Positions 11,079 to 20,471 of a stretch of DNA of 64,000 bases are shown here, in pieces; position 1 is the first letter of the stretch, and each line of letters opens with the position of its first letter. The position numbers were made by a program, and so were the translations under genes. Below the pieces are notes generated by a model. It was not told where the DNA came from and did no database searches. It worked only from the letters and a program-made list of their open reading frames with translations. This DNA comes from Thermoproteota archaeon (lineage in GTDB: Archaea > Thermoproteota > Methanomethylicia > Methanomethylicales > Methanomethylicaceae), in the NCBI GenBank assembly GCA_029887795.1, contig JARXPE010000001.1, forward strand, positions 129,386 to 193,385, written 5' to 3'.

Positions 11079-12188
11079 TTGGTGGTCGATACGATAAAAC
11101 GAGAGGAGATCTGGAACATCTTAGAGGGTTACGACACAAAGCATATCACCGTAGGGTCCCTCGGCAGCCACTCTGCGCTCGATATTTCAGACGGGGCAAA
11201 GGACGAGGGGCTGAAAACAGTAGTGGTCTGCCAGAAGGGGAGGGAAGGACCTTATCTAAAGTACAGGAGAATTGTTGATGAGTGTATCGTGCTGGAGAAG
11301 TTCTCGATGATAGTTCAGGATGATGTGCAGAATAGATTGAGGAGGCTTAACACGATCTTCGTCCCGCACAGGGCGTTCTCCACCTACGTCCCGTATGAGG
11401 ATATTGAGGGCAAGTTCAATGTCCCGATCTTCGGGAACAGGTACATCCTCAGGGCTGAGGAGAGGGGTTGCGAGAGAAACCAATACTACCTGCTCGAAAA
11501 GGCAGGGATAAGGCAGCCAAAGAAGTTCAAGTCACCATCAGAGATAGATAGGCTCGCCATAGTAAAGGTTCAAGAGGCTAAGAGGAAGATAGAGCGGGCG
11601 TTCTTCACAGCAACCGACGAGAAGGACTTCTGGAAGAAGGCGAAAGAGAGAATAGCGAAGGGGGTGATAGGGGAGGAGGATGTAAGAAAAGCAGTCATAG
11701 AGGAGTTTGTCCTGGGCACGTATTTCAACTTCAATTACTTTTACTCGCCCCTGAGGGGAGAGGTCGAATTCATGGGGATCGATAGGAGGTTGCAGACCAA
11801 TTTATATGATTTTGTCTCACTTCCGGCAAGGCAGCAGTTGGAGGTAGACGTTGTTCTTCAGAACATTGAGATCGGGCACATGGGAGCGACTATAAGGGAG
11901 TCCATGCTCGAAAAGGTTTTTGAGATAGGGGAGAGGTTTGTCGAGGCTACAAAGATAGAGTACCCTCCGGGAATCATAGGACCATTCGCATTGCAAGGTG
12001 CGGTTACTAAGGATCAGGAGATAGTCATTTTTGATGTGTCCCCCAGGGTGCCAGGAAGCCCTGTGATAGGGACCACAAGCCCGTACACCAAGTACGCATA
12101 TGGGATTCAGATGAGCGTGGGCAGAAGGATAGCCAAGGAGCTAAGGGAAGGAGCCGAGACTGGAAGACTGAAGGAGCTGGTGACTTGA
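11079..12188 (+). CDS. purP: FAICAR synthetase PurP (5-formaminoimidazole-4-carboxamide ribonucleotide synthetase), ATP-grasp. Start adjusted to TTG 11079 or GTG 11082.
   Basis: ITVGSLGSHSALDI N-terminal domain plus an ATP-grasp C-terminus. The track start at 10968 would overlap the divergent adh start by 50 nt. Confidence 0.65.
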   Translation: MVVDTIKREEIWNILEGYDTKHITVGSLGSHSALDISDGAKDEGLKTVVVCQKGREGPYLKYRRIVDECIVLEKFSMIVQDDVQNRLRRLNTIFVPHRAFSTYVPYEDIEGKFNVPIFGNRYILRAEERGCERNQYYLLEKAGIRQPKKFKSPSEIDRLAIVKVQEAKRKIERAFFTATDEKDFWKKAKERIAKGVIGEEDVRKAVIEEFVLGTYFNFNYFYSPLRGEVEFMGIDRRLQTNLYDFVSLPARQQLEVDVVLQNIEIGHMGATIRESMLEKVFEIGERFVEATKIEYPPGIIGPFALQGAVTKDQEIVIFDVSPRVPGSPVIGTTSPYTKYAYGIQMSVGRRIAKELREGAETGRLKELVT

Positions 12189-13222
12189 TGGGCTGCATAG
12201 CAACCATAGGATCCCACTCAGCACTCCAGATCCTTAAGGGAGCGAGAATGGAGGGGTTAAAAACCCTACTCCTTTGTCCCCAGGGAAGGGAAAGCCTGTA
12301 TGGAAGATATGGGCTTGCCGACGAAATATTCACGATTAATGGTCCAGAGGATCTATTGCAGGACAAGGTGCAACGGGAGCTTCTCAAGAATGAGGCGATC
12401 TTCGTTCCTCATGGGACCCTCATCTCTGGCGGGCGTTTGGAAGAGTTTGAAAAGAATTTCAGACCACCGATATTTGGTAACAGGCGGATATTTAGGTGGG
12501 AGTTTGACCGGGCTCTGAAGGACCGCATCCTGAGGGAGGCTGGCATAAGGATACCTAAGAAGTTCGATTCTGTAGATGACGTAGATAGACCTGTCATCGT
12601 AAAACTTCCAGGCGCAGAGGGCGGAAGAGGGTACTTCATAGCAAAGGATGGGGACGACCTCGAGAGGAAAATGAGAGAGGTCGTGAGGAGGGGGCTTTTG
12701 AAGGAGGATGAGGCGAATAAGGCATTCATTCAGGAGTACATCATTGGAGTGACCATCTACCCACATTACTTTTACTCGCCCATGCTTGGAAGGCTAGAGC
12801 TGCTTGGGTGCGACAGAAGGTACGAGACCAACGTCGATGGTATAGGCAGGATATGTGCCAGAGACCAGCTGGAGCTTGACCTGATACCTACGTTCAGAGT
12901 GATCGGGAACCTACCCATTGTGCTGAGAGAATCGCTCCTCTCAGAGGTCTTCGAAGCGGGCGAGAGGTTCGTAGCTGCCACAGAGAGGCTTGTCCCACCC
13001 GGCATGATAGGGCCATTTTGTCTAGAGATGATATGTGATGAAGATGGGAAGCTATACACGTTCGAATTCTCGGGAAGGATCGTGGCAGGCACAAACCTCT
13101 TCATTGATGGATCCCCCTACAGCAGCCTTCTCTTCGACGAGCCTATGAGCATGGGGAGGAGGATCTGCAGGGAGATAAAGTTGGCACTAGTGGAGGGGAA
13201 AATAGGTAAGATAACCACCTAG
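12185..13222 (+). CDS. PurP paralog (ATP-grasp, DUF1246/DUF1297 architecture).
   Basis: IATIGSHSALQIL. 4-nt overlap with the preceding purP. The two paralogs are diverged. Confidence 0.65.
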   Translation: MMGCIATIGSHSALQILKGARMEGLKTLLLCPQGRESLYGRYGLADEIFTINGPEDLLQDKVQRELLKNEAIFVPHGTLISGGRLEEFEKNFRPPIFGNRRIFRWEFDRALKDRILREAGIRIPKKFDSVDDVDRPVIVKLPGAEGGRGYFIAKDGDDLERKMREVVRRGLLKEDEANKAFIQEYIIGVTIYPHYFYSPMLGRLELLGCDRRYETNVDGIGRICARDQLELDLIPTFRVIGNLPIVLRESLLSEVFEAGERFVAATERLVPPGMIGPFCLEMICDEDGKLYTFEFSGRIVAGTNLFIDGSPYSSLLFDEPMSMGRRICREIKLALVEGKIGKITT

Positions 13223-13231
13223 CGGGCGATT

Positions 13232-13933
13232 GTGTTGTACCACATTAGGTGTAAGAAGGGAGAGGTAGCAGAAAGGGTAATAGTGTGCGGGGATCCAGGA
13301 AGGACTAAGAGGGTAGCGGAGCTTTTGAAGGAGCCAAAGCTCGTAAACGAGAATAGGGGGCTCCTGACGTTCACAGGCAAGTACAAGGATGTAGAGGTGA
13401 CGGTCTCAACAACGGGAATGGGCACACCCTCTGCAGCCATTGTAATGGAAGAGCTGGCGGCTTTGGGTGCGAAGTATGTAATAAGGGTCGGCACGACAGG
13501 CGGGATCAGAAGAGATGTGGAGCTTGGCGACATAATAGTGCCAACAAGGGCCGAGCCCTTGGACGGGGCGTCTAGAGCTTATATCAAGAAGGGAGGCAAG
13601 ACCGTTGCGGACGAAGAGATGGTCAGAATTTTGGTCAAGAATCTTGAAGGAAGCAGATACCACGTCGGACCAATTTGCACCAGCGACACTTTTTATCTAG
13701 AAGAGGAGGAGGACGCGAGTTATTGGGCATCAAGAGGGGTACTGAGCTTCGAAATGGAGTGCTCAGTTATATTTGCAATAGGGTCGTTGAGGGGATACAG
13801 GGCAGCCGCCGTTCTGACCGTCACGGGAAAGATCTTCGGAAAGGGGGATAGGGTGCTTGACACTACGACAACCACAACGGGTGTCGAGAGAAGCATAAGG
13901 GCGGCTTTGGAGACATTGAATTTAATAAAATGA
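13232..13933 (+). CDS. Purine/uridine nucleoside phosphorylase (PNP_UDP_1 family, DeoD/MTAP-like).
   Basis: RVIVCGDPGR ... VSTTGMGTPSAAI ... RVGTTGG motifs. Confidence 0.75.
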   Translation: MLYHIRCKKGEVAERVIVCGDPGRTKRVAELLKEPKLVNENRGLLTFTGKYKDVEVTVSTTGMGTPSAAIVMEELAALGAKYVIRVGTTGGIRRDVELGDIIVPTRAEPLDGASRAYIKKGGKTVADEEMVRILVKNLEGSRYHVGPICTSDTFYLEEEEDASYWASRGVLSFEMECSVIFAIGSLRGYRAAAVLTVTGKIFGKGDRVLDTTTTTTGVERSIRAALETLNLIK

Positions 13934-14112
13934 TTCACCATGAAAAATTGATTTATGCGTTTAAAAAACAAAATTATCGGGTTCACTACAAATGATATAA
14001 GAAAAGAACCAGCGTTTTCTTTGACTGATAGAACAAGATTGAAAAATGGCTTTCAATACTTTGATGTAGAAGGGTACAAGATACATTAAAAGAAGGAGGA
14101 GCACATTATATT

Positions 14113-14378
14113 AACGCCGCAGTTGAGGTCGAAGCGAGCCTGTAACGGCACCGAAGCAAAGCAGTTCGGTCCGTGACCCTTCGGGGAAACGGATCGGACG
14201 AGGTTGCGTAGGTGCAACGGACAGGATGCAGGGCGAGGACGATCCAGGGCGTCAGGACAAAATCGGACGCCACGACCGCGGGAAGCCTTGCATGGGAAGG
14301 TCGGAAGGAAAGGCTCTGCCATGGGGGGCCTGGAATTCTGGCTTTCTCCTCAAGGTCGGCCTCAACTGCGGTCTCTAT
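14113..14378 (+). ncRNA. Structured GC-rich ncRNA of about 260 nt, most likely signal recognition particle (7S/SRP) RNA. Archaeal RNase P RNA is the less favoured alternative.
   Basis: Terminal helix 14117-14128 (CCGCAGTTGAGG) pairs with 14360-14371 (CCTCAACTGCGG). Two 5' hairpins follow: GCC-UGUAAC-GGC and ACCGAA-GCAAAGCAG-UUCGGU, as in an Alu domain. The motif AGGUCGGAAGGAAAGGC resembles the helix-8 GGAA tetraloop region of 4.5S RNA (GGUCCGGAAGGAAGCAGC). A TATA-like box lies at 14076-14088 and a T-tract follows at 14377-14398. GC is much higher than in the flanking AT-rich DNA. Confidence 0.5.
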
Positions 14379-14478
14379 TTTGGGAAATCAATTTTTTCAG
14401 TATTACTATATGCGTTGGATGTTTTAAAAGGGTTAAAGATTAAGATTAATAGATTCGGTCTAAAGGAGAGTTAAACGC

Positions 14479-14883
14479 TTGAAGTCTCATAAGTACTATC
14501 TTAAACTTTCGGAAGAAATAAAGTCGTTAGTGGATGCCATAAACTTTGGGACCTCCTTAGTCATAGTAGAGGGGCAGAATGATGAGATCGCGTTGAGGGA
14601 ATTCGGTTTAAAAACGCCAGTATTGAGATTCAGAGGCCTCGGGTATTCAGAGACATTCTTCATTGAAGAAGTCTCCAAAGAATATAGGGGAAGGAGTGTA
14701 GCAGTAATTTTGGACTTTGATGAGGAGGGTATAAAGATGGCGGACCGCATAAGCAGAGAGCTTGAAGAGAGAGGCGTAAAGGTACAACATTATTTTAGAA
14801 GGGCCTTCAAGGAAGTCCTCTTAAGAGAGGGCGTAAGGCATGTGGAGGAGATAAAGGCGATAAGAGAAAAGGCACTCTTTTAG
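14479..14883 (+). CDS. Small Toprim-domain protein (UPF0292-like). TTG start.
   Basis: LVIVEGQNDEIAL ... VAVILDFDEEG pattern (Toprim E and DxD). Confidence 0.45.
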   Translation: MKSHKYYLKLSEEIKSLVDAINFGTSLVIVEGQNDEIALREFGLKTPVLRFRGLGYSETFFIEEVSKEYRGRSVAVILDFDEEGIKMADRISRELEERGVKVQHYFRRAFKEVLLREGVRHVEEIKAIREKALF

Positions 14884-14888
14884 GACGA

Positions 14889-15515
14889 GTGAGCCCATTT
14901 ATATTTGCAGCTTTAATAGGAATGAGAATGGAGAGGTCAACAGAGTTGGTCCAGGTAGGATTTGAGCCAAAGATTGTGTTCATTTGCCCCCTTTGTGGTA
15001 AGGAGGTTGAGGTAATATATGAGAGGGGGAGGGGGGGATGGACCTCGGAGCATGCCAACTGTCTCAATTTCACAGTCCTTAGAACCCTGCCCATTAGTCA
15101 GCCAGCAACTTATGGACCATTAGTTTTCATAGCCTTGGAGTCGGATTTTTCTGTTATGGAGGCTGTTGAAAAACTTAGGGAGGTTTTGGGCGAGGAGGTA
15201 GACACGTTCAAGAGGCAGAAGTTGGAGGCGGGAATTAAAAGACTCGAGTCGAGGCGGGGTTTCGCAGAGAAGAACATTCAGCGCATTCTGGAGGCCATAA
15301 GGTCCGGGGCTTTTGGGCTGAAGATACTTTCGGGCAAGGATACTTGGGCAGGTGTTTGGAGGGCAGGGGAGAAGTTTTTTGGGATAGCACTCTCCGGAAA
15401 TAGGCTGCTGAAGAGGGAGGAAGCTATTCTGGCGACCACTAGCCAAGAGGAATTGCAGAGGTTTGTAGAGTACTGGCTGCATTACTGGGAAGGTGGAAGA
15501 GCTGTATCGGAATAG
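14889..15515 (+). CDS. Hypothetical protein with a CPLCGK zinc-ribbon-like motif.
   Basis: ORF with coding-like composition. No identifiable family. Confidence 0.3.
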   Translation: MSPFIFAALIGMRMERSTELVQVGFEPKIVFICPLCGKEVEVIYERGRGGWTSEHANCLNFTVLRTLPISQPATYGPLVFIALESDFSVMEAVEKLREVLGEEVDTFKRQKLEAGIKRLESRRGFAEKNIQRILEAIRSGAFGLKILSGKDTWAGVWRAGEKFFGIALSGNRLLKREEAILATTSQEELQRFVEYWLHYWEGGRAVSE

Positions 15516-15701
15516 TTTTTGAAATTGGTGGATGCATACCTCCTTCGCTCGCAGAGGATTCCTCCGGAAGGATTGATAAAGTTACAAGTTGAGCTGATAG
15601 ATACATCAGGTTATTGGTAGTGCCTGAACTTTGAACCTATTGATTCATGACCTCCCATCAGCCTTAAACTAAAAAATTTTAAAGGGCGATATTTAGAGAA
15701 A

Positions 15702-16244
15702 GTGACAGAAAGGACAGGAAAAGAACATAAAAAGAAGGTTAAGAAAGTGTATAGTAGCTATACCATCAGAGAGTTCAGACCGGAAGACATTGACGCCGTT
15801 ATGACTATTAATAAAGTTTGTCTTCCAGAAAATTACTCCCCTGCCTTCTTTTTGGAACACCACTATGAGAACCCAAAGATATTCTTGGTTGCAGAGGCGG
15901 ATGGCAAGGTCGTTGGTTACAACATGTGTAGGATCGAGTTTGGTATATCAAATCTTAGAACAGCTTTTGCAAAAAAAGGGCACGTTATATCGATTGCCGT
16001 GATGAAGGAGTACAGAAATAGAGGTATCGGGTACAACCTCATGATTGAGGGTATAAAGAGGGTTCGCGAGTGCGGGGCGACGGAGATATACTTGGAGGTA
16101 AGGGTCAGCAATAAGCCCGCCATAGAGTTGTATCGGAAGCTTGGATTCAAGGCGAGCAGGATTATCGAGGCTTACTACAGGGACGGGGAGGATGCATATC
16201 TAATGGTTAAGGACCTCTCGGGAGTCTCAGAGTTCGGACTCTAG
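15702..16244 (+). CDS. GNAT N-acetyltransferase, archaeal Ard1/Naa10-like N-terminal acetyltransferase. The real start is possibly GTG 15747.
   Basis: Acetyl-CoA-binding motif RNRGIGYNLM. N-terminal IREFRPEDIDAVMTINKVCLPENY as in archaeal Ard1. Confidence 0.7.
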   Translation: MTERTGKEHKKKVKKVYSSYTIREFRPEDIDAVMTINKVCLPENYSPAFFLEHHYENPKIFLVAEADGKVVGYNMCRIEFGISNLRTAFAKKGHVISIAVMKEYRNRGIGYNLMIEGIKRVRECGATEIYLEVRVSNKPAIELYRKLGFKASRIIEAYYRDGEDAYLMVKDLSGVSEFGL

Positions 16245-16295
16245 TTGATAGCATGTTTATCAAGTGCAAAACCACACAAAAATTGACTAAAAGCA

Positions 16296-16361
16296 AGAAG
16301 TAAAATAAAAGTAAAAACGTAAATGTAAAAATGTAAAAAGTAAAAATAAAAAAGAAAAAGA
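16296..16361. terminator. Bidirectional A/T-rich terminator region between the convergent GNAT and rpoK genes. Contains about six GTAAAA repeats (oligo-T on the minus strand).
   Basis: GTAAAA at 16300, 16311, 16325, 16333 and 16340. Archaeal termination at oligo-T tracts. Confidence 0.35.
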
Positions 16362-16619
16362 TTATTGGTTTTTGAGGAGCCATTTCAGTGGAATGTCTTG
16401 GTATCTTCCGTCTGGAAGTTTCCGCCTTATAGTTATGGGGAGAACGCCCATCTTGAGTTCCTGTTCCGCGATCTCCAAAGGTGTCTTCCCAGTGGTCTCA
16501 ATTAGAGGTGGAGCACCCATAGAGATCTGAAGTGCCCGGGCTCCAAGTACCCGGGCCCTCTCGAACCTAGTCATCACTTCTGGACCTAGTATCTGTCGGC
16601 TCTCACTCTCTGGACTCAA
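16362..16619 (-). CDS. rpoK: DNA-directed RNA polymerase subunit K (Rpb6/omega homolog).
   Basis: [17 protein letters not shown] motif. ATGA overlap with the upstream thermosome gene. Confidence 0.8.
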   Translation of the reverse strand: MSPESESRQILGPEVMTRFERARVLGARALQISMGAPPLIETTGKTPLEIAEQELKMGVLPITIRRKLPDGRYQDIPLKWLLKNQ

Positions 16620-18325
16620 CTCATTCCGCCCATTCCTGAATATCCTTCTTCGCCACCCTCGCCCCTCTTCTCCTTCTCTTCCTTCTCTTTCTTGGGCGCG
16701 GCAGCGGCGATGATATCATCTATCTTCAGGAGGGTTATAGCTGCTTCGGTCGCCGACTTTATGGCTTGCTTTTTAACACTTGCAGGTTCGAAGATGTTCT
16801 CTTTAGCCATGTCAACGACTTTGCCTGTAAAGACGTTTACGCCAGCGTATTTTTCGCCTCTAGCGTGGGCGGACCTGAGCTCGACGAGTATGTCTACAGG
16901 GTCGAGACCTGAGTTCTCGGCCAGTGTTGTCGGTATCTCCTCCATAGCCTCGGCGAACTTGAGGATCGCCAATTGCTCCCTGCCGCTGAAGGACTTGGCG
17001 TAGTCCCTGAGGTTGGTGGCGATCTCCTCCTCTGGTGCGCCTCCGCCTGGGACCAGCCATGGATCCTGGATTACATTTCTCACAACGCACTTTGCGTCAT
17101 GGAGTGAACGTTCTGCTTCATCGACGAATCGGTCAGTTCCACCCCTGACCAGTATTGTCACGGCCTTGGGGTTCTTGCAGCCCTCAACGAAAACCATTTT
17201 GTCCTTCCCGACGCGCCTCTCCTCAACGAGTTTTGCGTAGCCAAGGTCCTTTGGTGTGAGGTCGTCAATGGTCGTAACTATCCTTGCACCGCAGGCTTTA
17301 GCTAGATTCTCAATATCAGACCTCTTGGCGCGTCTTACGGCGGCAATGCCCTTCTTCGCTAGATAGTGCTGGGCTATGTCGTCGATGCCTTTTTGGACAA
17401 CGACGAAGTTTGCGCCAGTTGCGGCAATCTTGTCCACCATTCCCTTCAGCATTGCGGCTTCTTCGTCAAGGAAGCTCTTCATCTGTTCGGGGGAGGTTAT
17501 GTTTATCTTTGCGGTGATCTCTGTCTTCTCAATCTCGAGTGGGCAGTCAAGTATGGCTACCTTAGCGTCTTCGATCCTCTTCGGCATTCCTGGATGGACG
17601 ATCTCCTTATCTAGAACGATCCCGTGGATAAGCTGAGTTTCGTCGAGAGATTCGCCTTTCTTCTTCTCAAGCTTAATGTTGTCAAGGTCAACCTTGTACT
17701 TATCACCCACCTTCTCAGCTACGGACAGTGCGCCTTCCACTATAAGTTCGGCAAGCCTCTCAAAGTGACCCGCAACTACGCTCTTTCCGCTCAGGGTGGT
17801 TATTGCGACGTCCTTGAGCTTTTTCTTGTCAGTCGGTTCAACCTTTATTGCCATGTTGTCGATAATGGATAGCGCCTTCTCCATTGCCTTCTTGTAGCCT
17901 TCGATGATGACTGTCGGATGAATCTCTTGATCAAGTAGGTCCTCCGCCTTCCTGAGCAGTGCTCCGGCGAGAACCATGGCAGTGGTGGTTCCGTCCCCCA
18001 CCTCGGTATCCTGTGCCTTTGCGACCTCAACCATCATCTTCGCAGCTGGGTGCTGCACATCCATTTCTTTTACAATGGTAGCGCCGTCGTTGCTGATGGT
18101 AACGTCACCGAAGCTACTCACGAGCATTTTGTCCATCCCTTTTGGACCTAGGGAGGACCTGATAGCCTCGGCGAGCGTCACGGCAGCCATTATGTTTGCC
18201 CTTTGGGCATCTCTTCCCGTCGTCCTTGAGGTTCCCTCTTTTAATACCAATACTGGTAAACTCTGCGCCATAACAGCATCCTCCAAATTCGCTAAAATTA
18301 ATTTCTTGAAAAAGACAGAAAGCAC
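16616..18325 (-). CDS. ths: Thermosome subunit (group II chaperonin).
   Basis: [13 protein letters not shown]-binding motif. C-terminal GGMGGM tail. 569 aa. Confidence 0.9.
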   Translation of the reverse strand: MLSVFFKKLILANLEDAVMAQSLPVLVLKEGTSRTTGRDAQRANIMAAVTLAEAIRSSLGPKGMDKMLVSSFGDVTISNDGATIVKEMDVQHPAAKMMVEVAKAQDTEVGDGTTTAMVLAGALLRKAEDLLDQEIHPTVIIEGYKKAMEKALSIIDNMAIKVEPTDKKKLKDVAITTLSGKSVVAGHFERLAELIVEGALSVAEKVGDKYKVDLDNIKLEKKKGESLDETQLIHGIVLDKEIVHPGMPKRIEDAKVAILDCPLEIEKTEITAKINITSPEQMKSFLDEEAAMLKGMVDKIAATGANFVVVQKGIDDIAQHYLAKKGIAAVRRAKRSDIENLAKACGARIVTTIDDLTPKDLGYAKLVEERRVGKDKMVFVEGCKNPKAVTILVRGGTDRFVDEAERSLHDAKCVVRNVIQDPWLVPGGGAPEEEIATNLRDYAKSFSGREQLAILKFAEAMEEIPTTLAENSGLDPVDILVELRSAHARGEKYAGVNVFTGKVVDMAKENIFEPASVKKQAIKSATEAAITLLKIDDIIAAAAPKKEKEEKEKRGEGGEEGYSGMGGMS

Positions 18326-18354
18326 TTCTATATATGGTTTTCTCTGGAGGCATA

Positions 18355-18380
18355 TTTTTATATTTGATGAAAGTTGAAGA
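18355..18380 (-). promoter_or_regulatory. Strong TATA box (AAATATAAAAATA on the coding strand) about 35-50 nt upstream of the thermosome start.
   Basis: Sequence 18361-18376. Confidence 0.4.
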
Positions 18381-18660
18381 ATCCTTTATGGTAAAAGAGG
18401 ATTTGAGAAATGCTGAACTGGCGAGCTTTATATTGGGTATTGTGGATGCTTACCTGTTATCGAGGAGGATTTTTGGCGAGCCTGTATTTCAGCTCCCATT
18501 CGAAGTCATGATCTTTTATCTGCCTTTAATATTATTGGTAACGTACTGTATTTATCTAAAAGAGAAAGCGAACCACCCTTCGCTGTCGCAAGGGGCTTCC
18601 TGCCATTCTGTTAAGGACGACAACTTCGTAATAATAGCCTTAATTAAGCTTATGATGTTG

Positions 18661-18969
18661 TTATTTAGTCTGAAGGTGACGATATTTAGAACATATTGAA
18701 CATAGTAGAAGAGAGGATTCTTCCGTGGAAATTGACGATTCAGCAAGCCTCTTTGCCGTAGCATTAATGACCTCCAAGAGCTCGTTTGGTATTTTTTTCT
18801 TGACACCTCTTTCCATAGATAGGTAACGACTCATCGCAGACTGGCTTAAACCCAACTTCTTTGCAGCGGCAGTCTGTGTATAACCGTATTCTTCTACGAG
18901 TTTCTTGGCCAGTATGGATCGGATAGTAGGTAAAAAGTATCTAGAGATATATTCACAAGGAGCTTTCAA
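18661..18969 (-). CDS. Small HTH (XRE/Cro-like) transcriptional regulator with a C-terminal CxxC.
   Basis: TQTAAAKKLGLSQSAMSRYL helix-turn-helix. Confidence 0.5.
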   Translation of the reverse strand: MKAPCEYISRYFLPTIRSILAKKLVEEYGYTQTAAAKKLGLSQSAMSRYLSMERGVKKKIPNELLEVINATAKRLAESSISTEESSLLLCSICSKYRHLQTK

Positions 18970-19408
18970 TTCGATCCCCTTTATTTGTTGGGTGAATGAC
19001 CCTTAAAGCTTGTGCTAATGGATGACCCTTGCAGGTAAGTGAGAAAATCTTCTCCCATCCAAAGGGCGCTTTAAAAGCTTGAAGCCCAAACTTGTGAATG
19101 CGTGACTTTATTTCGTCTATAATTTTAATTGCGGTGAGAGGATCTGCAAGATCGTTTGATAGGTGAGAGAAGGGAAAAAGAACGACTTCTTTCTTTCCGA
19201 TGCGCTTCAACATTCTCACAATTTCTGAGGAGGCAAGATTTGCGGTCTCATAGACAGATGATGCATCTATTTTTTCAACAGTAATAAAGACAACCAACGC
19301 GTCTCTGACAGAGCAATCACTACATTTTTCTTCAAGCGGTTCTGCGAATTTTGTGGGAGACACTACTGAATAATAAAAATTATCACAATGTAAAAATAAC
19401 ATGCGCAT
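18953..19408 (-). CDS. Stand-alone archaeal ThrRS N-terminal editing-domain-like protein (tRNA-Thr_ED / DTD2-like deacylase). Start adjusted to ATG 19408.
   Basis: MRMLFLHCDNFYYSVV ... ALVVFITVE ... VVLFPFSHLSNDLADP ... APFGWEKIFSLTCKGHPLA closely mirrors the Pyrococcus ThrRS editing domain (MRLLYLHADRFEYKTV ... YPYAHLSS ... [20 protein letters not shown]). Confidence 0.6.
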   Translation of the reverse strand: MRMLFLHCDNFYYSVVSPTKFAEPLEEKCSDCSVRDALVVFITVEKIDASSVYETANLASSEIVRMLKRIGKKEVVLFPFSHLSNDLADPLTAIKIIDEIKSRIHKFGLQAFKAPFGWEKIFSLTCKGHPLAQALRVIHPTNKGDRIESSL

Positions 19409-19509
19409 GTTGGTAACCCCCCATGTCCAGAGAACAACACATCCTCGCAATCAATACCCGGAGTTTGTTACATGCTTTGCATGACCGCATTTAATCCACC
19501 GCTATCTAA

Positions 19510-19581
19510 GCCAGGGTGAGGATTTGAACCTCAGTGTAGCGGGTCTGCAGCCCGCCGCCTAAACCGCTCGGCCACCCTGGC
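19510..19581 (-). tRNA. tRNA-Cys (anticodon GCA). CCA not encoded.
   Basis: 72-nt cloverleaf on the minus strand. Acceptor GCCAGGG/CCCUGGC, anticodon arm GCGGG-CUGCAGA-CCCGC, T-arm UGAGG-UUCAAAU-CCUCA. Discriminator U73 is consistent with Cys. Confidence 0.8.
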
Positions 19582-19587
19582 ATTTTT

Positions 19588-19608
19588 AATTATGACGCTG
19601 TCATAATT
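19588..19608. promoter_or_regulatory. Perfect 9-3-9 inverted repeat AATTATGAC-gct-GTCATAATT, immediately upstream of tRNA-Cys and downstream of larB.
   Basis: Seen directly. Candidate regulator site or larB terminator hairpin. Confidence 0.3.
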
Positions 19609-19641
19609 AAACTTTTCTGCATTTAAAGCAAAAGAATGGAT

Positions 19642-20409
19642 TTAGGTTTTTGATGCCAACCGTGAGATCAGAACCGCGGCGATCCCTGCCCCCACCCCGT
19701 TATCGATATTCACGACAACAAGACCGGGTGTGCATGATTGGAGCATCGTTATTAGTGCGCCCTCGCCCTTCCCACCATAGCCATACCCAACCGAAGACGG
19801 TACGCCGATAACAATCCCCGAGAACAGGCTACTAAATATCGAGGGAAGTGCTCCCTCCATCCCCGCAACAACTATTGCCACCGCAACTTTATCTTCCATG
19901 CATTTTTTGGCTACAGGGAAGATCCTGTGGAGACCAGCTATTCCGACATCGTAAAAGGCAAGAGTTCTAAATCCCATCTCATTGATTACCGCAAGAGCCT
20001 CCTCGGCAACAGGAAGGTCTGCGCTTCCGGCGGTTATAATGGCAATGGGAGGATCCTTCAGAGGTGGCGCTTCGCCTGTCCTTATGGAGACGATGCGCCC
20101 TTTCTCGTAGTAGATGGTTTTAGCCTTCTCCGAGAAGCTCTTTATTAGAAGGCGAGCTTGGGAAGGGGTTACCCTCGTGACTATGGCTAAGCCGTTCTCT
20201 TGAAGCAGTGATTTGACCGCGCTTAATAGTACTTCGTCAGATTTCCCCTCACCAAAGACCAATTCGGGAATCCCTTTCCTTAAATTTCTGGAGATGTCAA
20301 TGCAGGCACCCTCCATCTCCTTCAGAGCAAGTAGACGGATCTTTCTAGTAGCCTCTTCCACATCGATTTTTCCACTCTTTATTTGGTTGAGTATTTCGCT
20401 GATCTCCAA
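19642..20409 (-). CDS. larB: LarB (PurE-like NPN cofactor biosynthesis carboxylase/hydrolase).
   Basis: About 250 aa PurE/AIR-carboxylase-like C-terminal half with an N-terminal extension (IAIITAGSADLPVAEEA ... AVAIVVAGMEGALPS). Confidence 0.7.
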   Translation of the reverse strand: MEISEILNQIKSGKIDVEEATRKIRLLALKEMEGACIDISRNLRKGIPELVFGEGKSDEVLLSAVKSLLQENGLAIVTRVTPSQARLLIKSFSEKAKTIYYEKGRIVSIRTGEAPPLKDPPIAIITAGSADLPVAEEALAVINEMGFRTLAFYDVGIAGLHRIFPVAKKCMEDKVAVAIVVAGMEGALPSIFSSLFSGIVIGVPSSVGYGYGGKGEGALITMLQSCTPGLVVVNIDNGVGAGIAAVLISRLASKT

Positions 20410-20471
20410 AGCCTACACCAATCAATAAATGATATATCGGTAATCACAAAAATGAAGTGTGGTGCTAATAT

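Noticed and set aside
14113-14378. Alternative reading of the ncRNA as RNase P RNA.
   Set aside because: No GGAAAGUCCGG (P4) or ACAGAAnCCGGCUUA elements. The two 5' hairpins and the GGAAGGAA helix-8-like motif fit SRP RNA better. I keep it as an alternative to test with covariance models.
14086-14474. Four overlapping ORFs of 71-82 aa with Arg/Gly-rich translations.
   Set aside because: They lie entirely within the GC-rich structured ncRNA region. The amino-acid composition is GC-driven and there is no coding periodicity.
18334-18699. 121-aa plus-strand ORF between the thermosome promoter and the HTH regulator gene.
   Set aside because: It overlaps the 3' end of the HTH gene, has low-complexity hydrophobic composition and carries no recognisable domain. 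A small membrane protein is possible but unsupported.
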